Source: a virus
Taxonomy: Duplodnaviria; Heunggongvirae; Uroviricota; Caudoviricetes
DNA length: 45,103 bases
IMG/VR virus record: IMGVR_UViG_2734482790_000002
Strand: one strand, 5' to 3'
Shown: positions 25,736 through 36,000 of the stretch, piece after piece
Layout of the letters: each line of letters starts with the position of its first letter
Numbering within the stretch: the first letter of the stretch is position 1
Made by a program: the position numbers and the translations under genes
Notes under the pieces: model-generated
Told to the model about the DNA's origin: nothing
Database searches by the model: none
What the model saw: only the letters and a program-made list of their open reading frames with translations

Positions 25736-25944
25736 ATCAGAATGATATTGAAGCCATGATCCAGCGTTATATTGATGCGGAAATGGCTGTGCTGGATGGA
25801 AAATCCGTCACCTTTAATGGTCAGCAGATGACCATGGAAAACCTGTCCGAGATCCGACAGGGGCGTCAGGAGTGGGAGCGGCGTCTTGCTGCCCTGACTG
25901 CGCGGCGACGGGGGAACCCGGGATATAAACTGGTGAGGTTCTGA
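25732..25944 (+). CDS. head-tail joining protein gpW family
   Basis: 70 aa; C-terminal RRRGNPGYKLV resembles lambda gpW RRRGPAGFYV; ATGA overlap with terminase. Confidence 0.7.
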   Translation: MNQNDIEAMIQRYIDAEMAVLDGKSVTFNGQQMTMENLSEIRQGRQEWERRLAALTARRRGNPGYKLVRF

Positions 25945-27449
25945 TGGCAATTCTGGATGATGTGATTGGTGTTTTTTCTCCAGGCTGGAAAGCGGCGAGG
26001 TTGCGCTCAAGAGCGTTAATCCGCGCTTATGAGGCCGTGAAACCCACACGCACACACAAAGCCCGACGGGAAAACCGTTCTGCCGACCAGCTCAGTAAGT
26101 ACGGGGCGGTTTCCCTGCGGGAGCAGGCCCGTTTTCTGGACATCAATCATGACCTGGTAATCGGTGTTTTCGACAAACTTGAGGAGCGGGTGATTGGTGC
26201 AAAGGGGATCATTGTTGAACCACAACCATTACTGAAAAATGGTGATATGGCTACAGAGCTGGCAATGATTATCCGTCGTTTGTGGGCGGAATGGTCTGTC
26301 AGTCCGGATGTGACCGGGCAGCATACGCGCCCCATGCTCGAACGTCTGCTGTTGCGTACCTGGTTACGTGATGGAGAAGTGTTTGCCCAGATGGTCAGAG
26401 GCGCAGGTGCCGGGCTGGCGCGGACTGCCGGTGTGCCTTTCTGGCTCGAGGCAATGGAGCCGGATTTTGTGCCCATGCTCAGTGATGAGTCTGCGGGAAT
26501 GAATCAGGGGGTTTTTCTGGATAAATGGGGCAGGCCGAAAAAATACCTGGTTTATAAAAATTATCCGGTTACCGGGCGACAGAGTGAAACCAAAGAGATC
26601 GCCGCTGAAAATATGGTGCATCTGAAGTTTACCCGCCGCCTTCATCAGACGCGTGGCACATCCATGTTGTCCGGTGTGCTGATGCGGATCAGTGCGCTTA
26701 AGGAATATGAAGATGCTGAGCTGGTAGCGGCGCGCGTTGCTGCGGCACTGGGGCTGTATATTCGTAAAGGAGACGGGCAGGATTATGAGGAACCTGTGAC
26801 GAATAAAGATAATGATCGGGAACTGCATATCACTCCCGGCATTATTTATGACGATCTGCGTAAGGGGGAAGATATTGGCATGGTCAAATCTGATCGGCCT
26901 AACCCTAATCTGGAAACTTTTCGTAATGGTCAGTTGCGGGCCATGGCGGCGGGCACTCGTCTGAGTTTTTCCAGTGCAGCACGTAACTATAACGGTACCT
27001 ACAGTTCCCAGCGACAGGAGCTGGTTGAGTCCACCGATGGCTATCTGATCCTGCAGGACTGTTTTATTGGTGCTGTAACCCGTCCGGTGTACCGGGCATG
27101 GCTGAATATGGTGGTTGCCGCGGGGTTGCTGAAAATTCCGTCGGATGTGGATATAAAAACATTATATAACGCAACATATTCTGGTCCGGTTATGCCGTGG
27201 ATTGATCCTGTCAAGGAAGCTGAAGCCTGGAAAATCCAGATTCGTGGTGGTGCGGCAACAGAATCAGACTGGGTGCGCGCCAGTGGTAGTAATCCGGATG
27301 ATGTTAAACGTCGGCGCAAGGCCGAAATTGATGAAAACCGCAGGCTGGATCTGGTGTTTGATACCGATCCTGCCTGCGATAAAGGAGGTGGTAATGCTGA
27401 AACAGAACGCGTGGTTTCGCGGCGAACCGAAGGCCAGTATGAAGAATAA
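25944..27449 (+). CDS. portal protein (lambda gpB family)
   Basis: 501 aa; follows gpW; lambda-like order. Confidence 0.8.
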   Translation: MAILDDVIGVFSPGWKAARLRSRALIRAYEAVKPTRTHKARRENRSADQLSKYGAVSLREQARFLDINHDLVIGVFDKLEERVIGAKGIIVEPQPLLKNGDMATELAMIIRRLWAEWSVSPDVTGQHTRPMLERLLLRTWLRDGEVFAQMVRGAGAGLARTAGVPFWLEAMEPDFVPMLSDESAGMNQGVFLDKWGRPKKYLVYKNYPVTGRQSETKEIAAENMVHLKFTRRLHQTRGTSMLSGVLMRISALKEYEDAELVAARVAAALGLYIRKGDGQDYEEPVTNKDNDRELHITPGIIYDDLRKGEDIGMVKSDRPNPNLETFRNGQLRAMAAGTRLSFSSAARNYNGTYSSQRQELVESTDGYLILQDCFIGAVTRPVYRAWLNMVVAAGLLKIPSDVDIKTLYNATYSGPVMPWIDPVKEAEAWKIQIRGGAATESDWVRASGSNPDDVKRRRKAEIDENRRLDLVFDTDPACDKGGGNAETERVVSRRTEGQYEE

Positions 27450-29457
27450 TTCCTGGTTCAGGATGAAGGCGGGTCATAAAAGTGACGCAGATATTTATAT
27501 CTATGACGAGATTGGTTTCTGGGGAGTTACGGCGAAGCAGTTTGTCAGCGATCTGAATGCGCTGGGTAATATCACCCACATTAATCTCCATATCAATTCA
27601 CCGGGTGGCGATGTCTTTGAAGGCATCGCCATTTTTAATGCGCTGAAAAATCATGGGGCGTCCATCACTGTTTATGTGGATGGTGTCGCGGCATCCATGG
27701 CATCGGTCATTGCAATGGTGGGTGATCCCGTCATCATGCCGGAAAACGCATTCATGATGATCCATAAACCATGGGGAGTGAGTGGTGGCGATGCGGATGA
27801 TATGCGTGATTATGCCGACCTGCTTGATAAAGTTGAGTCGGTCCTGTTGCCTGCTTATGCGCAGAAAACCGGGAAAACTACCGATGAAATTGCTGCCATG
27901 CTGGCGGATGAAACCTGGATGTCCGGTGCCGAATGTCTGGCACACGGATTTGCTGACCAGGTGACACCAGAAGTTAAGGCAATGGCATGTATTCAGTCAA
28001 AACGTACAGAGGAATTTAAAAAAATGCCGGAATCCATTCGAAATATGATTATTCCGCCACGCAACAGTGCAACGCGTGAACCTGAAAACAAAAATACTGC
28101 ATCTCAGACACAGGATAAGACTACTACGGCTCCGGTTGCCACAACCGCGACTACCACAAATGCACCTTCCGCAGATGAAAGCAGTATCCGTGCGCAGGTA
28201 CTGGCAGAGCAAAAAGCACGTGTGAGTGGTATTAATGAACTGTTTGGTATGTTTGGCGGGCGCTATCAGACATTGCAGGCCAGTTGTCTTTCCGATCCGG
28301 AGTGCTCGCTTGAGCAGGCCCGTGAAAAATTACTTAACGAAATGGGTAAGGAATTTTCACCATCAAATAAAAATACCCCGGCCCATATTTATGCCGGTAA
28401 CGGTAATTTTGTGGGGGACGGGATCCGCCAGGCGCTGATGGCGCGCGCCGGGTTTGAAAAAACCGAACGTGATAATGTCTACAACGGGATGACCCTGCGT
28501 GAATATGCCCGTATGTCACTGACTGAACGGGGTATTGGGGTTTCCGGTTATAACCCGATGCAGATGGTCGGTGCGGCGTTCACACACAGTACGTCTGACT
28601 TCGGTAATATTCTGCTGGATGTTGCGAACAAAGCCATTCTGCAGGGCTGGGAAGATGCCCCTGAAACCTATGAACAGTGGACGCGGAAAGGTCAGTTGTC
28701 TGATTTTAAAATTGCCCATCGTGTGGGTATGGGGGGCTTCAGTGCTCTGCGTCAGGTGCGTGAAGGGGCGGAATATAAATACGTCACCACCGGAGATAAA
28801 CAGGCCACTATTGCACTGGCGACCTATGGCGAGCTGTTCAGTATCACCCGTCAGGCCATTATCAATGATGATCTGAATATGCTGACCGATGTCCCGATGA
28901 AACTGGGCCGTGCGGCGAAATCCACTATTGCCGATCTGGTTTATGCCATTCTGACGTCTAACCCGAAAATATCCACAGATAATGTAAGTCTGTTCGATAA
29001 AGCGAAACATGCAAACGTACTGGAGAGCGCTGCAATGGACGTGGCATCGCTGGATAAAGCCCGCCAGTTGATGCGCGTACAGAAAGAGGGGGAGCGTCAT
29101 CTGAATATTCGTCCTGCGTTCGTACTGGTACCGACGGCGATGGAGTCTGTTGCTAACCAGGTCATTCGCTCCTCAAGTGTCAAGGGGGCTGACATTAACG
29201 CCGGTATTATTAACCCGGTGAAAGATTTTGCGACCGTTATTGCAGAGCCTCGTCTTGATGATAATAGCCAGACCACCTTCTACCTGGCTGCGTCAAAAGG
29301 CTCCGATACGATTGAAGTGGCTTATCTCAACGGTGTGGATACGCCATATATTGATCAGATGGAGGGCTTCAGTGTGGATGGCGTGACAACGAAAGTGCGT
29401 ATTGACGCTGGTGTCGCGCCAGTTGATCACCGCGGTCTGGTGAAATGTACGGCGTAA
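27394..29457 (+). CDS. head maturation protease (ClpP/S49-like) fused to HK97-fold major capsid protein
   Basis: 687 aa from the Met with aaggagg SD; N-terminal protease-like region (DEIGFWGV...INSPGGDV...ASMASVIAM); C-terminal capsid-like domain; followed by a terminator. Confidence 0.7.
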   Translation: MLKQNAWFRGEPKASMKNNSWFRMKAGHKSDADIYIYDEIGFWGVTAKQFVSDLNALGNITHINLHINSPGGDVFEGIAIFNALKNHGASITVYVDGVAASMASVIAMVGDPVIMPENAFMMIHKPWGVSGGDADDMRDYADLLDKVESVLLPAYAQKTGKTTDEIAAMLADETWMSGAECLAHGFADQVTPEVKAMACIQSKRTEEFKKMPESIRNMIIPPRNSATREPENKNTASQTQDKTTTAPVATTATTTNAPSADESSIRAQVLAEQKARVSGINELFGMFGGRYQTLQASCLSDPECSLEQAREKLLNEMGKEFSPSNKNTPAHIYAGNGNFVGDGIRQALMARAGFEKTERDNVYNGMTLREYARMSLTERGIGVSGYNPMQMVGAAFTHSTSDFGNILLDVANKAILQGWEDAPETYEQWTRKGQLSDFKIAHRVGMGGFSALRQVREGAEYKYVTTGDKQATIALATYGELFSITRQAIINDDLNMLTDVPMKLGRAAKSTIADLVYAILTSNPKISTDNVSLFDKAKHANVLESAAMDVASLDKARQLMRVQKEGERHLNIRPAFVLVPTAMESVANQVIRSSSVKGADINAGIINPVKDFATVIAEPRLDDNSQTTFYLAASKGSDTIEVAYLNGVDTPYIDQMEGFSVDGVTTKVRIDAGVAPVDHRGLVKCTA

Positions 29458-29480
29458 ACGTCGCAGATAACAACTCTGAT

Positions 29481-29500
29481 GGCCCGTAAGGGCTTTTTTT
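29481..29500 (+). terminator. short intrinsic terminator after the capsid gene
   Basis: gccc-gtaa-gggc hairpin followed by T7. Confidence 0.5.
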
Positions 29501-29543
29501 GTACCTGAAATCAGCCCCTGAACGGGGCTGTGCGGAGACAGTT

Positions 29544-29867
29544 ATGGCAAAGAATTTTGTAGAAGAAGGAAAAACGGTGGCGATTGTTGCCAGTGCAGCC
29601 ATCAGCAGCGGAGATCTGGTGCAGGTGGGTGATGTTTTTGCGGTGGCGCTGACCGATATTCCACAGGGTGAAACAGGCGACGGCCTGACCGAAGGTGTGT
29701 TTATGCTGCCTAAGCTGAAAACGGATGACATGAAAACGGGTAAGAAGGTTTATCTGAAGTCCGGAAAAGTTCAGCTGACTAACAGCGGCTCTGATCCGCT
29801 GGTCGGGGTTGTCTGGGCAGATGCCGGAACCAGTGCAGAAGAAGTGCCGGTAAAACTCAATGTCTGA
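29544..29867 (+). CDS. head-associated protein (DUF2190-like; possible decoration or head-completion protein)
   Basis: 107 aa from the internal Met with ggaga SD; position after the capsid gene. Confidence 0.5.
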   Translation: MAKNFVEEGKTVAIVASAAISSGDLVQVGDVFAVALTDIPQGETGDGLTEGVFMLPKLKTDDMKTGKKVYLKSGKVQLTNSGSDPLVGVVWADAGTSAEEVPVKLNV

Positions 29868-30135
29868 TCCCTTTTCCCGGCTGGCAGCGCGTATGGATGC
29901 GATCACGGTCAGAAAGATGGGAAAGACAGCCTCGATTAATGATGTCGATATGACAGTGATCCCGGGAGAAACACTGGCAGAGCTGAATGCTCTGTCCGGA
30001 CCTGCGGTCTCTCTGGTGGTGTTTTCTTCGGGATACCGCCCACGGCGCGGGGATCGCGTTGTTTATGACGGACAACAATGGACGGTCACACGGCATGAAC
30101 GCTTTAACGGTAAGCCAATGATCTTTATTGAGTAA
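29860..30135 (+). CDS. head-tail connector or head completion protein
   Basis: 91 aa; position between head and tail genes. Confidence 0.5.
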   Translation: MSDPFSRLAARMDAITVRKMGKTASINDVDMTVIPGETLAELNALSGPAVSLVVFSSGYRPRRGDRVVYDGQQWTVTRHERFNGKPMIFIE

Positions 30136-30146
30136 AGAGGTGTGGG

Positions 30147-30737
30147 ATGAAGGGGCTTGAGAATGCCATCCGCAATCTGAACAGCCTTGATACCCGTATG
30201 GTGCCACAGGCCAGCGCATGGGCGATAAACCGTGTGGCACAGAAAGCGGTCTCGGTTGCCACCCGGCAGGTTGCCGGGAATACCGTTGCGGGAGATAACC
30301 AGGTGAAAGGGATCCCCCTGAAACTGGTACGTCAGCGTGTCCGGGTGTTTAAAGCCAGTCCGTCAGGAAAAATGACGGCCAGGATCCGCGTTAACCGTGG
30401 CAACCTTCCCGCCATCAAACTGAACACAACGCGACGGCGTGCCGGTGACGGGCTGAGGGTGGGGAAATATTTTTTCCGTGGCGCGTTTATCCGGCAACTG
30501 GCGAATGGTCGCTGGCATGTTCTGAGACGTCTTCCTGAAGCGCGTTTCGCAACAGGGCGCGACCATCAGGGCAGACCGAAAAAAAATCGTCTACCTGTGG
30601 AGGTTGTGAAAATCCCGCTGGCCGGAGCGCTGACACAGGCATTTGAGGATGCCCGTAAAAGCGTCATTGATAACGAGATGCCGAAACAGCTGGGGTATGC
30701 CCTGAAACAACAACTGAGGTTATATCTGACCCGATGA
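30147..30737 (+). CDS. minor tail protein Z family
   Basis: 196 aa; position and size match lambda gpZ. Confidence 0.7.
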   Translation: MKGLENAIRNLNSLDTRMVPQASAWAINRVAQKAVSVATRQVAGNTVAGDNQVKGIPLKLVRQRVRVFKASPSGKMTARIRVNRGNLPAIKLNTTRRRAGDGLRVGKYFFRGAFIRQLANGRWHVLRRLPEARFATGRDHQGRPKKNRLPVEVVKIPLAGALTQAFEDARKSVIDNEMPKQLGYALKQQLRLYLTR

Positions 30738-31135
30738 ACCGACACACACAAATTCGTCAGGCCGTACTTTCGCGCCTGAAAACGACGTGCGGGGAGAAGA
30801 CCGTCCTGTTTGACGGCCTTCCTGCCTTTATTGATGCGCAGGAGCTGCCTGCCGTGGCGGTGTGGCTGAGTGATGCACAGTACACCGGAAAAATGACGGA
30901 TGAGGATGACTGGCTGGCAGTTCTGCATGTCGCCGTCTTTATCCGTGCACAGGCACCGGATTCTGATCTGGATACGTGGATGGACAACATTATTTACCCG
31001 GCACTGGAGGATATTCCGGCGCTTTACGGCCTTATCGATACCATGAGCCCACGGGGATTTAACTATCAGCGTGATAACGATATGGCAACATGGGCGATGG
31101 CGGAAATCACGTATCAAATCACATATACAAATTAA
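30734..31135 (+). CDS. minor tail protein U (tail terminator)
   Basis: 133 aa; position and size match lambda gpU. Confidence 0.7.
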   Translation: MNRHTQIRQAVLSRLKTTCGEKTVLFDGLPAFIDAQELPAVAVWLSDAQYTGKMTDEDDWLAVLHVAVFIRAQAPDSDLDTWMDNIIYPALEDIPALYGLIDTMSPRGFNYQRDNDMATWAMAEITYQITYTN

Positions 31136-31145
31136 GGGGTGGGAA

Positions 31146-31886
31146 ATGACGACACCGAATCCACTTGAAAAAATGAAAGGGGCGGGGACGACGTTCTGGA
31201 TGTATACCGGCAAGGGCGACGCATTTGCGAATCCTTTGTCAGATACGGACTGGTTGCGCCTCGCGATGGTGAAGGATCTGCAGCCGGGGGAAATGACTGC
31301 AGATGCGGAAGATGACGATTATCTCGATGATGAAAATGCTGACTGGAAAACGACAACTCAGGGGCAAAAATCTGTTGGTGATACATCCGCGACGCTGGCC
31401 TGGCGTCCGGGTGACAGCGGACAGAAAAAACTGATTCAGTTGTTTGATTCCGGTGAAGTTCGTGCATTCCGCATTAAATACCCTAACGGTACCGTTGATG
31501 TGTTCCGCGGCTGGCTGAGTTCGCTGGGTAAAACCATTACGTCAAAAGATGTGATGACCCGTACGGTTAAAATCAGCGGTGTGGGGCGTCCGTATCTGGC
31601 TGAGGAGGGGACTGAAATTGTGGGGGTGACCGGGCTGACAGTAATGCCGGTTTCCGCCAGTGTCAGAGTGGGGGCAACGACGACGCTGACATTCAGCACA
31701 GTACCGGAAGATGCTTCTGATAAAACGGTGAGTGTGGCGTCATCATCTCCTGATATCGCCACGGTTACGCTGAGTGGCATGGTGGCCACGGTGAAAGGTG
31801 TGAAAGCGGGCAGCACCTCGATTGTGGGGATGACTGCGGGTGGTGCGCAGGTTGCTGTGGCCGGTATTACCGTTAATGGTGATTAA
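31146..31886 (+). CDS. major tail protein V with C-terminal Ig-like domain
   Basis: 246 aa; SD aagggg; C-terminal Ig-like segment (SVRVGATTTLTFSTVPEDASDKTVSVASSSP...). Confidence 0.8.
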   Translation: MTTPNPLEKMKGAGTTFWMYTGKGDAFANPLSDTDWLRLAMVKDLQPGEMTADAEDDDYLDDENADWKTTTQGQKSVGDTSATLAWRPGDSGQKKLIQLFDSGEVRAFRIKYPNGTVDVFRGWLSSLGKTITSKDVMTRTVKISGVGRPYLAEEGTEIVGVTGLTVMPVSASVRVGATTTLTFSTVPEDASDKTVSVASSSPDIATVTLSGMVATVKGVKAGSTSIVGMTAGGAQVAVAGITVNGD

Positions 31887-31942
31887 CCTGGCAGTCTGTT
31901 TTTTACCCCGGTATGCCGGGGTTTTTTGTTTACGGAGGGGAC

Positions 31943-32332
31943 ATGTTTCTGAAACAGGACACATTTAACTACGGTAATCAGTCTGTGGTACTGACGGAAT
32001 TATCCGGACTTCAGCGGGTGGAGTATCTGGCGTTTGTCCAGAAACGGACAGCTGAGTTTGACGCCCTGGATGATGCCATGCCGGTGGCGGATCGTCAGAT
32101 TGAATTTCTGCGTATGGGGATGGATATCAATGCCTGGCTGGTTTCCAGGTCAATGTGGAATACGGACCCGTCACAGGATGTGGATGCGCTGAATGAGGAT
32201 GTAAAAAACACCTGGTCTTATGACGCGCTTGGCGACGGGGGCAGTCTGGTTTTATCCCTGAGTGGTATGCCGGTCTCCACCGGTGATGTTCAGAACGGTG
32301 AACAGGTTCCCCTGACACCGGAAAAGTCCTGA
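31943..32332 (+). CDS. tail assembly chaperone G
   Basis: 129 aa from the Met with ggagggg SD; MFLKQDTFNYGNQSVVLTELSGLQRVEYLAF resembles lambda gpG. Confidence 0.8.
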   Translation: MFLKQDTFNYGNQSVVLTELSGLQRVEYLAFVQKRTAEFDALDDAMPVADRQIEFLRMGMDINAWLVSRSMWNTDPSQDVDALNEDVKNTWSYDALGDGGSLVLSLSGMPVSTGDVQNGEQVPLTPEKS

Positions 32333-32340
32333 CGCGGGAG

Positions 32341-32655
32341 ATGCAGTTTGTGATGCAGCTTGCCCGTGAGTTCCGGCGGGCAGACTGGCGGCGGATGTTA
32401 TCAGAAATGTCAGCGTCAGAACTGGGCGAATGGGGGGATTTCTTCCGGAAGCAGAGTTTCGGGGATATCTGGCTGGATGCACAGATTTCCACACTGAAGT
32501 CGCTGATGGTTCAGATGGTGTCCGGTGAACGTATTCCGGCTGATGATTTCAGTCTGGTTACGGATGACAGGGTGATCCCTGAACGCACGGATGAAGAGCT
32601 GATGCATCTGGGGGAAGGTATATCGGGAGGAATGAGATTTGGACCAGATTGCTGA
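32341..32655 (+). CDS. T portion of the tail assembly chaperone G-T fusion (expressed by -1 programmed frameshift from G)
   Basis: ORF in the -1 frame relative to G and open across the G stop; slippery-like G GAA AAG just upstream of the G stop. Confidence 0.7.
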   Translation: MQFVMQLAREFRRADWRRMLSEMSASELGEWGDFFRKQSFGDIWLDAQISTLKSLMVQMVSGERIPADDFSLVTDDRVIPERTDEELMHLGEGISGGMRFGPDC

Positions 32656-35600
32656 CCTTGTCATTGATTTAAGCATTGATACCGCCGATTTTAAAGAGCA
32701 GCTTCCGCGTGTAAAAAATCTGCTGAATGGTACAGCAAGGGAGGCGGAGCGGGCCGAAGCCCGTATGAAACGGTTTGAGGAAAGTCAGAAACAGGCTGCC
32801 AGCGCGACGGTGATACAGACTCAGGCCGTGGTGAAGCATGCGCAGGGGCATGTTTCGCTGGCGGAAGATGTGGAAAGGGCGCGCCTGCGGATGGAGGCCC
32901 TGAGTCGTCAGATGCGGGAGGAGCAGGTTCAGGCGGCTGCGCTGGCTGCGGCGCAGGATAAGATGGCTGCCGCATTTTATCGTCAGATCGACAGCGTAAA
33001 ACAGGCCAGTGCGGGGCTGCAGGAGTTACAGCGTATTCAGCAGCAGATCCGACAGGCCAGAAACAGTGGCGGGATTGCTCAGCAGGATTATCTGGCCCTG
33101 ATTTCTGAGGTGACAGCGAAAACCCGCGTTCTGACACAGGCAGAGGAAACGGCCACCCGCCAGAAAACCGCATTTATTCGTCAGCTGAAAGAACAGACAA
33201 GTCGCCAGAAAATGACCACGACGGAACTGCTTCGGGCAAAGGCGGCACAACTTGGGTGCAGCAGTGCCGCGGAGGTGTACATCCGTAAAATGGAGAAAGC
33301 CGGAAACACCACACATTCGCTGGGACTGAAAAGTGCGGCAGCCCGTCGGGAGCTGGGGGTCATGATTGGTGAGCTGGCGCGAGGTAATTTCGGTGCGCTT
33401 CGTGGCTCCGGGATCACCCTGGCTAACCGTGCCGGCTGGATTGATAAATTAATGACTCCGAAAGGCCTGGCGGTGGGGGGAGTTATCGGAGGGATCACTG
33501 CTGCGGTTATTGGTCTGGGTAAAGCCTGGATGGAGGGGCAGGAAGAAGGCGAAGCCTTTAACCGGCAGCTTGAGCTCACCGGACACTATGCCGGTGTGAC
33601 AGCCGGGCAGTTGTGGGCGCTCAGTAAAAATCTTTCCGGTAATGGCATCACGCAACATGCCATGGCGGGGTCACTGGCGCAGGTAGTGGGGAGCGGTGCA
33701 TTTCACGGTAACGATATTGGTATGGTGGCGAAAGCTGCCGCACAGATGGAACGCTCGGTAGGGCAGTCTGTCAGTGACACCATCAGTCAGTTTAAACGGC
33801 TGAAGGATGATCCGGTCAGTGCTGCGAAGGCGCTGGATGATGAACTGCATTTTCTGACAGCCACCCAGCTTGAACAGATCCGTGTGCTCGGAGAGCAGGG
33901 GCGCACCAGTGACGCAGCCCGGATAGCCATGTCTGCACTGGCAGAGGAAACCGGTAAACGTACGTCGGATATTGATAATAACCTCAATGCGCTGGGCAGT
34001 ACGCTGCAAACCTTGTCTGACTGGTGGAAGCAGTTCTGGGATGCGGCCATGAACATTGGTCGGGAAGATTCCCTTGATGCGCAGATTGCGTCGCTGCAGG
34101 AAAAAATTCAGCGGGCGAAGAAATTTCCGTGGACTAAGGCGTCCACCACGGGGGAATACGATCAGCAACAACTGGATGCGCTGCAAGAGCGAAAACGCCA
34201 GCAGGATTTGCAGGATGCAAAAGAGCAGGCTGAGCGAAATTATCAGGAGCAGCAGAAACGCCGGAATGCTGAAAATGCCGCGCTGAACCGGATGAACGAA
34301 ACGGAAGCAGCACGACATCAGCGTGAAATTGCGCGTATTAATGCCATGCAGTACGCCGATCAGGCGGTCAGGGACGCAGCGATACAGCGTGAAAATGAAC
34401 GTTACGAAAAAGCCATTAAGAAAAAAACGCCTGCCACCCGTAATGATGAGGCCACCCGGCTATTACTGCAGTACAGCCAGCAACAGGCGCAGGTGGAGGG
34501 ACAGATTGCCGCCGCCAGACAGTCAGCGGGCATGGCTACTGAAAGGATGACAGAAGCGCATAAACAGCTTCTGGCCCTTCAGCAGCGTATCAGCGATTTA
34601 GCCGGTAAAAAACTGACAGCAGATGAAAAAAGTGTACTGGCTCACAAGGATGAGCTGATTCAGGCACTGACGCTGCTGGATGCAAAACAGCAGGAGCTGC
34701 AGAAGCAGACTGCCCTCAATGACCTGAAGAAAAAGACCATTCAGCTGACCAGTCAACTGGCTGAGGAAGAGCGCGCACAGCGTCAGCAACACGATCTGGA
34801 CGTTGCCATGGCAGGAATGGGCGATCAGCAACGGCAGCGGTACCAGTCGCAGTTGCGTCTACGACAGCAGTACCAGCAACAGCTGGAGCAACTTGAACGG
34901 GACAGTAAGCAGAAAGGCTCGTATGGTTCTGACGCATACCGGAAGGCTGAACAGACGCTGACAGACAGTCTGAACCGGAAACTGAATGAGAATCGCCGCT
35001 ACTGGCAACAGATGGATGCTGCGCAGGGGGAGTGGAGAAACGGTACAAAACGCGCGTTCATGAATTTTACTGCCGACGCGGATAATGCTGCCGGGACTGC
35101 AGAACAGATGTTTATGTCTGCTTTCAGTAGTATGGGAAATGGTCTGGCAACTTTTGTTACCACCGGCAAACTCAATTTCAAATCTTTCACCTCATCTGTG
35201 CTGTCAGATATGGCAAAAATTCTGGCGCAGGCAACCATGATGAAGGCTGTCAAAGGGATTGGCAGTGTGATGGGGTTTGATTTCGGTGATGTGAAAACCA
35301 ATGCAGAAGGTGGTGTTTATCAGTCTGCTGATTTGAGTCGCTACAGTGGCACGGTGGTTAACCGTCCGACGTTTTTTGCTTTTGCAAAAGGCGCGGGGGT
35401 GATGGGTGAAGCGGGGCCTGAGGCTATCCTGCCCTTGCGCAGGGGGGCTGACGGTAAGCTGGGTGTTGTGGCAGCGACCTGTGGTTCGGGGATGGTGATG
35501 TTTGCGCCGCAGTACAACATCGAGATCAATAATGATGGCCAGAACGGACAGATTGGGCCGGAAGTCATGCAGGCGGTTTACAACCTGGGGAAAAGGGCTG

Positions 35601-35662
35601 CAGAAGATTTTATGCAACAACAGTCCCGTGATGGCGGGCAGTTAAGCGGAGTATACCGGTGA
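32639..35662 (+). CDS. tail tape measure protein (lambda gpH family)
   Basis: 1007 aa; TTG start preceded by ggagg; N-terminal DLVIDLSIDTADFKEQL resembles lambda gpH DLVVDLSLDAARFDEQM; C-terminal NNDGQNGQIGPEVMQAVYNLGKRA also matches. Confidence 0.9.
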   Translation: MDQIADLVIDLSIDTADFKEQLPRVKNLLNGTAREAERAEARMKRFEESQKQAASATVIQTQAVVKHAQGHVSLAEDVERARLRMEALSRQMREEQVQAAALAAAQDKMAAAFYRQIDSVKQASAGLQELQRIQQQIRQARNSGGIAQQDYLALISEVTAKTRVLTQAEETATRQKTAFIRQLKEQTSRQKMTTTELLRAKAAQLGCSSAAEVYIRKMEKAGNTTHSLGLKSAAARRELGVMIGELARGNFGALRGSGITLANRAGWIDKLMTPKGLAVGGVIGGITAAVIGLGKAWMEGQEEGEAFNRQLELTGHYAGVTAGQLWALSKNLSGNGITQHAMAGSLAQVVGSGAFHGNDIGMVAKAAAQMERSVGQSVSDTISQFKRLKDDPVSAAKALDDELHFLTATQLEQIRVLGEQGRTSDAARIAMSALAEETGKRTSDIDNNLNALGSTLQTLSDWWKQFWDAAMNIGREDSLDAQIASLQEKIQRAKKFPWTKASTTGEYDQQQLDALQERKRQQDLQDAKEQAERNYQEQQKRRNAENAALNRMNETEAARHQREIARINAMQYADQAVRDAAIQRENERYEKAIKKKTPATRNDEATRLLLQYSQQQAQVEGQIAAARQSAGMATERMTEAHKQLLALQQRISDLAGKKLTADEKSVLAHKDELIQALTLLDAKQQELQKQTALNDLKKKTIQLTSQLAEEERAQRQQHDLDVAMAGMGDQQRQRYQSQLRLRQQYQQQLEQLERDSKQKGSYGSDAYRKAEQTLTDSLNRKLNENRRYWQQMDAAQGEWRNGTKRAFMNFTADADNAAGTAEQMFMSAFSSMGNGLATFVTTGKLNFKSFTSSVLSDMAKILAQATMMKAVKGIGSVMGFDFGDVKTNAEGGVYQSADLSRYSGTVVNRPTFFAFAKGAGVMGEAGPEAILPLRRGADGKLGVVAATCGSGMVMFAPQYNIEINNDGQNGQIGPEVMQAVYNLGKRAAEDFMQQQSRDGGQLSGVYR

Positions 35663-35991
35663 TGGAGATATTTAGCTGGAAAGTCCGTCCGGATATGAAG
35701 GTGGATTCAGAGCCCAAAGTGGTGACAGTTAAACTGGGTGATGGTTATGAACAGCGTCGTCCGGCGGGACTGAATCCTCTGTTGCCAACGTACAGTGTCA
35801 CGATCCGTGTCCGTAAAGGGGAGCATCAGGCGCTGGAAGCGTTTCTGGCCCGGCACGGTGGGGTCAGGGCGTTTCAGTGGACACCGCCTTATGGCTGGAC
35901 ACCTGTCCGGGTGGTCTGCCGTAAATGGTCGTCCAGTGTGGGGGCGCTGTGGGTCACGGTAACCGCAAATTTTGAACAGGTCGTGGTATGA
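35659..35991 (+). CDS. minor tail protein M
   Basis: 110 aa; position and size match lambda gpM. Confidence 0.8.
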   Translation: MMEIFSWKVRPDMKVDSEPKVVTVKLGDGYEQRRPAGLNPLLPTYSVTIRVRKGEHQALEAFLARHGGVRAFQWTPPYGWTPVRVVCRKWSSSVGALWVTVTANFEQVVV

Positions 35992-36000
35992 GGAGGACGG

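Noticed and set aside
27202-27393. N-terminal 64-aa extension of the protease-capsid ORF overlapping the portal gene
   Set aside because: No SD at 27202; the strong aaggagg SD and Met at 27394 mark the real start.
32691-34318. Reverse-strand ORFs (160, 132 and 215 aa) inside the tape measure gene
   Set aside because: Antisense to a clear gpH homologue; no independent support.
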